Positions 52,979 through 64,000 of a stretch of 64,000 nt of DNA are shown here, in pieces; the stretch's first letter is position 1; the number at the start of each line of letters is the position of its first letter. The notes below the pieces were generated by a model that was not told where the DNA came from, ran no database searches, and saw nothing but the letters and a program-made list of their open reading frames with translations. Origin of the DNA: Octopus sinensis (taxonomy: Eukaryota); assembly GCF_006345805.1 (NCBI RefSeq), contig NC_043003.1, forward strand, positions 8,804,001-8,868,000, read 5' to 3'. A program made the translations under genes and the position numbers.

Positions 52979-53700
52979 CATACATACATACATACATACA
53001 TACATACATACATACATACATACATACATACATACATACATGATGGCTGCCCCACGTTATCGAGTATAGCCATTGCACGAAGCTTAACTGTTATTGGTGC
53101 TGTGATCGAATGTGACTTTTTAGTCCAGCTAAAGGTCTACAATGTCTTGTACAGAATTGGCAGCTAAAACCTTTACCAGCAATAGCCGGCTGTAGTTGTA
53201 ACTGGGCTTCATGTACCTTTGCATGTCATTTAAGTCCTCCTGCCGAATTACACTCTCTTCCACATGCCTGACAGATATGATTAGTATGGCGTGTAACACC
53301 ACCACCAGTGGCCAGGTTGTCACTCATCTGTCTCGCTTTATACATACATACATATATGATGTGTATATATATATATATATAGGAAAGTTATGAAAAACTC
53401 ATGATAACCATTTTTGCCACGCCATTGTGGCTATTTGTATCCTCAACATCGGTTGTTTACAGAACAATTGGATGTAGATCGACAACACTTCTTCAGGGCA
53501 ACACTTTATAGCATTTTGCTGACACAGATCAAATGCTTCTAGTTTGATACATGGCGATACTTTTTTTTTTATCATAACTAGGAATGCTACAAAGCACAAT
53601 AGTAGTAACCACATCACTATATTAGTTGTAGACTGGTGGATAATACTCTATGTAGGGCTCCAAACTCAACAGTAGTTGCTGTACAGCTGGCTGTACACAC
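51600..53700 (-). pseudogene. Highly decayed LINE (APE/RT) fragments interrupted by microsatellites and a Penelope-like insert
   Basis: Minus-strand pieces such as NYSLLPLINKKMLANV..QK (RT domain 1-2-like), plus endonuclease-like pieces at 53040-53700. Confidence 0.45.
52771..52813 (-). ncRNA. Intact minimal type I hammerhead (Penelope-type)
   Basis: CCAC CTGAAGA TTGTC GATCAA GACAA GAAA CAATTG TA GTGG: all stems pair, stem III is palindromic, cleavage triplet GUA. Confidence 0.8.
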
Positions 53701-54181
53701 AGGAAATAGTGTGTGTATGTAGGAAGTTATTATCTCTTCATTTTAAATCCTCAATCAAATATCTATATATATTTAATCACATATATTTAATCAAACGTTT
53801 ATGCTTATTCATATCCTAGATCCGAAGCTACTTGTAAGTGATATCGTATATATGACAGACACGTTGATTCAAACACTGAGATTTTAATCCATTGTGCAAC
53901 ACGATATGTTCCGTAGTAATATTCTTGAGTCTTTGCTTTTCTTTCTTTGGTAAGCTCAGATATGAACATAAAGCATTAATATGTGTGCTGGGGTTTCTAC
54001 GTATGTATGTGTGTGTGTATGAATGATTGTATGTAGTATGTATCCATGAATCTATGAATGTATTTATGTGTATATGCATGATGTATATATGATTGAATTT
54101 AGTATGTATGTATGTATGAGTGTAATGTGTGCATGTACGCTTATATAAATGATTGCGTGTGTGTGTGTTTGTGTATGTGTG

Positions 54182-54231
<50 letters not shown>

Positions 54232-54239
54232 TTGTTCTC

Positions 54240-54600
54240 TCTAGCTGAGGAAGGATCCGATTTCTAACAAAGATACAAAACTTCATCGTTGGAATATAGA
54301 TAGCAAAAACAGATTCACGTCTTAAACTTGTGAAAGTCTTGTATATCTTCACTGTTCCTCTTGCAGACTGTATTTGTAAGGTGCGCGTTAGCTAGCTGGT
54401 TGATTTCTTTTTCTGAAAACCTCAGTTTATGATCTGGGTATAGTTGGAATTTTCGAAGCAGTTCTCCGTAGATATCTTCTTTCTCTTTGATTTTCGAAGG
54501 GATGTTCACATCAGCAGGGCAGCTGACCTCTATGATGGTATACACCTTTTCTTGACTGTCCCAAACAACAATATCCGACATGTTATGCTTACACTTGACA
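54240..54600 (-). pseudogene. RLE-type (R4/Dong/NeSL-like) LINE 3' end with PD-(D/E)xK endonuclease, adjacent to (CA)n
   Basis: CKHNMSDIVVWD..TIIEVSCPADVNI..KIKEKEDIYGEL; the 3' UTR abuts (TG)n. A similar 3' UTR lies at ~30620-30715. Confidence 0.8.
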
Positions 54601-54775
54601 GAGAGTAGGAAGTTTGAATGTTTGTATGCATGTATGTAAGTGCGTATATGTTCGTGTACGTATGCGTGTATGTATATATGTATGTATGCATGAATGTATG
54701 ATTGTATGAACGCCTGTGTGTGTATATATACGTATAAAGTAAACAGAAAACAGGGAAATAATGATCAACTACAAT

Positions 54776-55170
54776 TTACTCTTTTACTTGTTTCAGTCAT
54801 CTGACTGCGGCCATGCTGGAGTACCGCCTTTAGTCGAGCAAATCGACCCCAGTACTTATTCTTTGTAAGCCTAGTACCTATTCTATCGGTCTCTTTTGCC
54901 GAACCGCTAAGTTACGGGGACGTAAACACACAAGCATCGGTTGTCAAGCGATGTTGGGGGGACAAGCACAGACACACAAACATATACACACACACTTATA
55001 TATATATATACATATATACGACAGGCTTCTTTCAGTTTCCGTCTACCAAATCAACTCACAAGGGTTTGGTCGACCAGGCTATAGCAGAAGACACTTGCCC
55101 AAGATGCCACACAGTGGGACTGAACCCGGAACCATGTGGTTGGTTAGCAAGCTACTTACCACACCACCAT
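54776..55170 (-). mobile_element. SINE family 1, near full length
   Basis: Matches 463-853. Confidence 0.85.
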
Positions 55171-55192
55171 CCTGCTATATATATATATATAA

Positions 55193-55268
<76 letters not shown>

Positions 55269-55308
55269 GTGTATTTATTAATTAATTATTTTATTGTTAG
55301 TTTATTTT

Positions 55309-55395
55309 TAACTGATGAGCGACTATATTTATATCGGAGTGGTTTCTCTACTATTATAATCATTTCTTAAATATAGCCACGAAACACGCGTCGTT
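55309..55395 (+). ncRNA. Decayed type I hammerhead with long stem II in a Penelope-like repeat (55265-55740)
   Basis: CTGATGA GCGACTATATTTA...TAAATATAGCCAC GAAA CACGCG TC GTT. The tail is homologous to 62470-62730. Confidence 0.5.
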
Positions 55396-55731
55396 TTTCT
55401 ACCTATTATATACGTTTTTATTATTATTTTTTGCAATTTACTTAATCTTTACATTTTATTGTTATTTTAAATTTAATTTTTCTATTATATGTAATTTTCT
55501 GGAAAGTGTAATTTAATTGTTCATTTTGAGTTGATAAAAGGTGGTTTTTTCTAATTTTTTCTAATTTTATATATATGGCGGTGCCCCAGCAGGCCACAGC
55601 TCAAGAGCTGAAACTGGAAAAAAAAACAAACAAAACAAAAATATATATTATATTGTGTGAAATTTGAGCTAGTATTTCTAAATTGAATTTTTTTTCCTTG
55701 TATGTTTGGATTTTATTCCCTCTAATAATAA

Positions 55732-55767
<36 letters not shown>

Positions 55768-56379
55768 AGTGTGTGTGTGTGTGTGTGTGTGTGGATGTGT
55801 ATGTATGAACACACACGCATACATACACATACACACACATGGTAGAAAATGGAATAAAGGGCATTCTTTATTTAAAATCACTAGAATTGTTTTGACATAG
55901 TTTTGCGTCCGCAGTATACGTTGGTGAGATTTTGAGTAATCGTCATCATCATCATCCACCCGACATGTAAAATGCACCTCCTCAGGTGGCCAATAACGGT
56001 GGACGAGCTTTGCATAACATGCCACAAATTATAAACGAGCAAACAACTGGTATCAAGGTAGATTATGGTATTTATATATTTAAACATTGACAAAAGGCGG
56101 TGCTCCAGCATGGCCGCAGTCAAAATGACTGAAACAAGTAAAAAAAAAAAAAAAAGGTGAGGGAAGGAATGGATATTACAAGTGTTTAGGTCACAAAAGG
56201 TCAATAAATGATCAATTGAGGAATGGGCATATCCTCTTCCTTCTCCTCATCTAGCTCTGGATTCCACCTTCGATGACCTGCCTTAACCTATTATCTAATA
56301 TCAATAATACGGCCTTAAACTTGTAATCCTTCCGACAGAATACCAGCATATATCACAACCATTATGACCATTCCTCAAC

Positions 56380-57068
<689 letters not shown>

Positions 57069-57372
57069 CAACTGATCTTTGATCGGCCTTTTGTGATTTA
57101 AACTCTTGTAAGATTCATTTCTACCTTGTCAATATTTAAATATATAAATGCCATAATCTGTCTTGATACCAGTTGTTTTGCCCGTTTATACTGTTATTCT
57201 GTTATGGCTGTACCAGCTCCATTGAAACACTACCTTTTGGTAATCTTTATTAGGCAGCTAATAACATCATTACGTTTTTTTGTCGCAGTTCAAACTGAAG
57301 TTTGGGCTGCAAGTCAACCTCAGCACCATTAGTATATGAGCCTATTATCTTACTTCATCAGACACATATATA

Positions 57373-57941
57373 TTGGGTTGTCCGGAAAGTTCATGCCGAT
57401 TTTTAAAGGAAAGAAAAAGGTCAATAAATACTTGCCATTACATTTTTTATCAACCAAATATGAACCATTTTGTTGCACAATGCGTTTCCCTCTTTCCTTT
57501 AACTTGAAAATACCCTTTTCCCAGAATTGAGGTGGTTTCATGGCAAAGAGTTCATCAAGGTATCTTTTTACGTCATCCAAAGAATTGAAATTTTTACCAT
57601 TAAGACTATTCTGTAGAGACCTGAATAAGTGGAAATCCGAAGGAGCAATATCTGGTGAATATGGAGGGTGGAGTAACACATCCCAGCCGAGCTGCAGCAA
57701 TTTTTGTCTGGTTCTCAAAGCATCAAGTGCTGAAAATGAACTTTCTTATCTTCCATTTTAAAGGGTTACAGAATTAACACAGGTTATAAGAACATAATAA
57801 ACCTTCTTCCAAGAAAAGGTAGCTTAAACTGTGCTCTAAATGGAGGTGTAGTGAAATCCTATTTTATGGACTCAATCATGTTCTAAAATAAGTCGAAAGA
57901 TAAGCTACTATAAATCGGCACGAACTTTCCGGACAACCCAA
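57373..57941 (-). mobile_element. Internally deleted mariner with both TIRs and TA TSD
   Basis: TIRs TTGGGTTGTCCGGAAAGTTC(A/G)TGCCGATTT at both ends. MEDKKVHFQHLML is fused to RTRQKLLQLGW..HPPYSPDIAPSDFHLFRSLQNSL. Confidence 0.93.
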
Positions 57942-58149
57942 TAATAACACAAATAGGATGAGATTCCCTACAGCTGTTTCAGACGTTTTTTTTTTCATTG
58001 ATGAACAAATCAATGACATCGGATGAAAAAAAATGCTTTCTTCGGGTGAATTAAAAATAAAATTTAACATTTAGGAGCTAGGTGAGCTATTTCTAGTTAG
58101 ATCACCGATTGGTCGGACTTTGGTATTCTTCTGACGCTTTTACTAACTC

Positions 58150-58216
58150 ACTCTTCCTGCTCCTCCCCTCTCTCTTCCTGCTCCTCCCCTCTCTCTTCCT
58201 GCTCCTCCCCTCTCTC
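58150..58216. repeat. 21-bp minisatellite x3 (CTCTTCCTGCTCCTCCCCTCT)
   Basis: Directly visible. Confidence 0.85.
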
Positions 58217-58749
58217 TTTCTTTCTTTGTCTCTTTGGTCGAATTCTTGTATGAAGATATTCCCACTGGAAATAGCGATCATGACGTACAGCCACCTACCA
58301 AGTCGGATTGACAGTTTCATTTGACAACATTCTCGAAGTTATATGAATAACGCAAGTATTTATGGAATGGCTGGCTAAATGTATGTATATGTTGACATAC
58401 ACCTACATATGAGTGATATGTATTATTAGATTCCGGATGCAATTTCAAATACTGTTCAAAGGGAAAAAAAAAATTATAAAGATTTTAAACAATTTTTACA
58501 GATTTTTGCTGCATTCACCAAGTCATTGATAAAATAAATTTGGAAGTTGTAGGTCAGATTTCATTGCTTGTTTCTGAATAATACCACATTACATGTATCT
58601 ATATTGGTCGTTGTTTGTGCTATTATAAATTATTCTGAAGTCTTTCTCCTCGGAAAAGAAAAGAACTGTCATTCCGTCGGTAAGGACGACAAGGGATCTA
58701 GTTGATCCGATCAATGGAACAGCCTGCACGTGACAGAATCATTAGCTAA

Positions 58750-58953
58750 TCATAGAAGGGACAAATAAAGATAGACAAACGGATTAAGTCGATTATATCG
58801 ACGCCAGTGCGTAACTGGTATTTATTTAATCGACCCCGAAAGGAAGAAAGGCAAAGTCGATCACGGCGGAATTTGAACTCAGAACGTAACGGCAGACGAA
58901 GTACGGCTACGCATTTCGCCCGGCGTGCTAACGTTTCTGCCAGTTCGCCGCCT
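58750..58953 (-). mobile_element. SINE family 2
   Basis: Matches 2940-3165. Confidence 0.8.
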
Positions 58954-59719
58954 TAATTAAATTATACATTAGGCACTTAATTGTGTTCTGCTATGAGCGT
59001 GATCTCTCTGGTGTGTGGAAAAACTGTCTAGCATAAAACCGGTGCAAAAAAGATTAGGAGCGGTGCAAAAAAAGGCTGGGACCGGTGTTTCATACTATCA
59101 TATACGGCACCACCCAGTTCGTGTTAAATATGTATTAGTTTACTTGTCTGTGTTTCTCTTCGACAGCTCTGCAGATTTTAGAAGAATGTCATAAAGTAGC
59201 AGCTGGTTGTTTGTGAATTTCTTCTTCACTGTGTATCAAATGGAAATATCCAATGTTATTTGTTTTGTTTTCTTTTTGTTCTCCTGCCGTCTGTCGACGT
59301 TCTTTTCAAAAGACGTAATCCATTTTAATTTTAAGTTAAAATTTCCCATCGATCTCCGTTCCACCCATCTGTCGGTGAAATGTAATTGTCACACGACACC
59401 GTAGGACTTTCCATATGCAAAAAGCTAGGAACTTCAATTTGTACTTGGTGTACTTTAGCGATTTGATTGATCACGGATAAGATCGAGTCAGTTGGTTTCT
59501 TTAAATTTTTAATATCGATTTGCATCATAATCATTCTTTCGCATACTCTGTGTATGTATGTATGTATGTATGTATGTATGTACGTATGTAAGCATGCATG
59601 CATGTATGTATGTATACATTTATACATTGATGCATGTGTATGTACGTTTGTATACTAGGGTGTATGTATACATGCATGTGCGTATGCATTAAGACAGAAA
59701 GAATATAGATACATACATA

Positions 59720-59802
59720 CATAAAGACAGACAGACAGGCAGACAGACAGATAGATAGGTAGGTAGGTAGGTAGATAGATAGATAGATAGATATATAGAT
59801 AT

Positions 59803-59846
<44 letters not shown>

Positions 59847-59878
59847 GTAGGTAGGTAGTAGGTAGGTAGGTAGGTAGG

Positions 59879-59941
<63 letters not shown>

Positions 59942-60040
59942 GTAGGTAGGTAGGTAGATAGATAGACAGACAGACAGTCAGATAGATAGGTAAACAGACA
60001 GACAGATAGACAGGTAGACAGTGAGCCAGACAGACAGGTA
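59720..60040. repeat. (GATA)n/(GGTA)n/(GACA)n compound microsatellite
   Basis: Directly visible. Confidence 0.95.
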
Positions 60041-60217
60041 GACTGACACCAAAAAATGTGATGGCGGATAGCAAAATATGCATTTTTATCAAATCTTAAC
60101 ATGCATCTGGTTTGTTCATTGGCGAATAGATATGTCTGTGTGTGTGTGTGTGCGTATGTAGATATATGTATGTAGAGAGAGAGTGGGGAGGAATGAAAAA
60201 GTCTGAAAGAGATAGGG

Positions 60218-60261
<44 letters not shown>

Positions 60262-60354
60262 AGGGGATTAAAAAGTGAAAGTCAGATATTAAAAATTTGA
60301 AATTATGTAGTGGTGGGAGGTGGAGATATTTGTATGTCTACTAGGTCCTGCATG

Positions 60355-60390
<36 letters not shown>

Positions 60391-60465
60391 GCATGCAAAG
60401 TACCATTATACATCTATACACACACATATACACATAAATATGTGTTTGTATGTGTGGGTGTATAT

Positions 60466-60503
<38 letters not shown>

Positions 60504-60565
60504 CATGGATGGATGGATGAATGCACATATGTATGTATGTATATATGTATATATGTATATATATA

Positions 60566-60608
<43 letters not shown>

Positions 60609-60768
60609 ATATATAATATATATATATACATATATACATATATACATATATATATATGTGTATGTATGTATGTAGCCATGTATTTATGTGTAAATAATTC
60701 ATTGCGCATATATATTATACGCGCGCGTGTGTGTGTGTGTGTGTGTGCGTGCGTGTGTGTGTGTGTGT

Positions 60769-60826
<58 letters not shown>

Positions 60827-61599
60827 GGTTTATCTTTACAGCGGAGTGGATGGAAATCCTTTGGCAAGAGACACCTGAGGATAAAAACAGATTAATAGCG
60901 AGATTAAATTAAATCAATATTATTGTGATTACAATTACTATTTGGTCGTCTGCAACTATATATACATGAAATGTCTGCGTATAATTTACATATTCAAACA
61001 TTCATATATATATGCGCGTGCGCACGTCTATATCTGTATGTATTTGTGTGTGCGTGTGTATCTATGCAACAAAGCCTCTCTAAGCTAGAAACCCTTACAT
61101 AAAAATTACCTTTACCAGAGTTTCAATGAAGGATAATCACGCAATATTCAATGTATGGCATAATACAAACAACAAAAAACATCATGGACAAGAAAGCAAG
61201 AACCCTTTAGCAAGTTGAACCTTACCAGAACGAAGGGGAACTTAGAACAAAGAGCACACTAAATAGAAGAGACTGACAGGCAACAAGCACATCAGACGTC
61301 ATATATATATTAATAGAATGGTTTGGATTCAAAGTGTCGATGTCGGACATAACAACACGTCGGTCAACCAGTTTGGCCTATATATTTTTTCCTCTTAACT
61401 TTTGTTCTACTGCTCCAGATTTTAAGTATTTTATGTCTAAATGTAGCTTATCACTAGTCAAACATAATTCAGAAAACTAAATTTGATTTAGATTAAAACT
61501 GAATTAATGAGACTGCTTGGAAAACGCCGACTGCGGCAAAAAACGCAACGTTAAGAATATTATTCAACTACTACTACTGTAGTTGAATGATATATGGTG

Positions 61600-61930
61600 G
61601 TTGTCTACTGCTCATGCAGTGTCTGACCATCTCTTGTACCTTAGATCCATCATGGCGCCTAATGTGGCTTTTAAACCTCACAATGTATGGAAAAGACACC
61701 CACGTAGATTGTACATCTGATTTGGACCACCAAGAGCTGTAGTTAAGTTCTGATGTTTGTGGGTCTTAAAATGTCTTTCGAGGCCTCCGTTAGATATGCA
61801 GACATCCTGGCATACACGGCATTGAAAGGTGTGCACAGATATATAGGCAGAGTAGCTGGTGGAGGTTCGTTTTTCATGGGTCCGCAAATGAGATTCGAGC
61901 CTGTTGAGCTCCGTACAGTTCATTCGGTGT
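61600..61930 (-). pseudogene. RTE-type LINE C-terminal zinc-finger remnant
   Basis: RLESHLRTH..FQCRVCQDVCISNGGLERHFKTH, with a further decayed finger downstream. Confidence 0.55.
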
Positions 61931-62240
61931 TTCCGTGATCAATACTTTATGAATGTGTTGTGGTTATATAGACGCAGACGTGGATGCGTAGTAAGAAGCT
62001 TGCTTTTCAACCACGTGGATCCGGTTTGACGTCTATTTTTAGCATACAAGTAATGTACATAGTGATCTCTCATATTGTTTATATATACATAAATCCCCAA
62101 AAACGGAATAAGAATGACAATAAAAACATACTGACAGATAGACAATACAAAGACGGACATACACACACACACAAATTAACAGAATGAGATTAAAAAAATC
62201 CAAGGCTGTGAAGAGTTTTCAGAACATTTATAAAGAAAAG

Positions 62241-62288
62241 GTCTTACAGCTGTTTCCGAGATATTTTATAAATCCCTTCATCAGAGAC
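62241..62288 (-). ncRNA. Minimal type I hammerhead (Penelope-type)
   Basis: GTCT CTGATGA A GGGAT..ATCTC G GAAA CAGCTG TA AGAC. Confidence 0.75.
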
Positions 62289-62437
62289 GGTGCGGGAAAA
62301 TGTTTAAGTAATAGTTATAATAGAGAAGATATGAAATACAGAGTGAAGTGGAGGAATGAAAACAGACGTGAGATACGTAAGGATATTGTATCTGCAGTTC
62401 CATAATTTAAGCAGAATGGTGCATATATAATTTTCCT

Positions 62438-62468
<31 letters not shown>

Positions 62469-62624
62469 TCTGCCAAATATATACGTTTTTATTATTATTT
62501 TGCTATTTACTTAATCATCGGTATATTATTGCTATTTTATTTTTCATATTTCTATTATATGTAATTTTCTAGATGGTGTAATTTAATTGTTCATTTTGAA
62601 TTGATGAAAGTGTTTTTTCTCATT

Positions 62625-62657
<33 letters not shown>

Positions 62658-62731
62658 TATTTTGCAAAATTTGATTTAGTATTTCTAAATTGAATTTTTC
62701 CCTGTAAGTTTGGAATAATATTCCCTCAAAA

Positions 62732-62832
<101 letters not shown>

Positions 62833-63114
62833 TATTATTATATATTCACTCACAAAAATATACACATGTTCATATTGTTTCAATTCGTATTGTTTTAGGT
62901 TTTACTGGCATTAAAGCATTATTACAAAATAAAGCGAAACTCCACGTTAATCTCTCCTTCATCATCTCTGAAAGATACAAGAGATAATCACTATGGTACG
63001 ATAAAATATTTTAATATTTACTTCAGAACTGAAGTTTGAAATTTTTTCCCTCTCTAATATCAAATTTGTTAAACCACCACCACCACTACCACCACCACCA
63101 CCACCACCACCACA

Positions 63115-63149
<35 letters not shown>

Positions 63150-63384
63150 CACCACCTCCACCACCACCACCTCCACCACCACCACCACCACTACTACTAC
63201 TACAACCGATGCTGCTCTTATAACGGTTGGTCTTATTTCGTTTCTTTAATATCAATGGTTAACAGAATAATCACGTTTTAAAAATATATATTTTTGTGCT
63301 TCAGTGTTCATTTATTACTTCTTTTTCTACTTTCGCCTCTACTTCTAGTGCTAATAGTCCTGAATAGTAATAATATACTTTCTA

Positions 63385-63590
63385 ATTTTAGCACAAGGCC
63401 AGAAATTTTGAAGGGTGGGTGTAAGTCGGTTATATCGATCCCAATGCTCATAAGGTACTTATTTCATCGACCCCGAACGAAAGAAAGCCAAAATCTACCT
63501 TGGTGGAATTTGAACTCAGAACGCACAGAGCCGGAAGAAATGCCGCTAAGCATTCCGTCTGAGTCGCTAACAATACTACCAACTCGCTAC
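63385..63590 (-). mobile_element. SINE family 2, old copy
   Basis: Degenerate match to the family 2 head and core. Confidence 0.7.
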
Positions 63591-63670
63591 CTTAATTTCA
63601 AGTTCACATTCAAGGAAACGCTGGAGATGTCGTAGCCTCAGAGTATGTCTGCGCATCATCAGCTACGGCA

Positions 63671-64000
63671 GTGGAGGCGCAATGGCCCAGTGGTTAGGGC
63701 AGCGGACTCGCGGTTTCGATTCCCAGATCGGGCGTTGTATGTGTTTATTGAGCGAAAACACTTAAAGCTCCACGAGGCTCCGGCAGGGGGTGGTGGCGAC
63801 CCCTGTTGTACTCTTTCGCCCCAACTTTCTCTCACTCTTTCTTCCTGTTTCTTGTCCCCGACTTCCTACGCAACCGCTGAACCTGGATGCGCATTCATTC
63901 ATCCGTCGATGCTCTCGGTGTCGGGGGTTGACCTGCTTTCTCTTCTACAGGTCTTACGAATAGCAAAGGACCACGTTTCGGACTTTTCCCACTGCGAGCA
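63671..64000 (+). mobile_element. SINE family 3 head with a further tail type (D), runs off the window
   Basis: GTGGAGGCGCAATGGCCCAGTGGTTAGGGCAGCGGACTCGCGG..TTCGATTCCC; diverges after CTTCCTGTTTCTTG. Confidence 0.8.

Noticed and set aside
55960-56020. CTGAGGA on the minus strand as another permuted hammerhead
   Set aside because: It has no GAAA strand and no consistent stem I.

Overview
Repeat-dominated, AT-rich metazoan genomic DNA with one 100-N gap (18638-18737). The tRNA-derived SINE families and the extreme (TA)n/(TACA)n/(GATA)n/(ATT)n load point to a coleoid cephalopod, most likely Octopus (inference). No intact host protein-coding gene can be supported. Almost all listed ORFs are microsatellite or SINE translations, and the real coding remnants are decayed transposons: mariner x2, Tc1, pogo, hAT, RTE LINEs and R4/Dong-type RLE LINE ends. 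Non-autonomous Helitron/HINE-like elements are also present. The notable signal is RNA structure. Many short Penelope-like terminal-repeat fragments carry minimal type I hammerhead ribozyme (HHR) motifs. Three divergent ~120-nt copies (24724-24846 +, 31104-31226 -, 32245-32363 -) fold, with covariation across six helices, into a non-circularly permuted, pseudoknotted hammerhead with two extra helices inserted between A9 and G10.1. A tRNA-headed element with a Penelope-type HHR tail and several long fold-back palindromes also occur. All folds were worked out by eye; no computation or database search was run.
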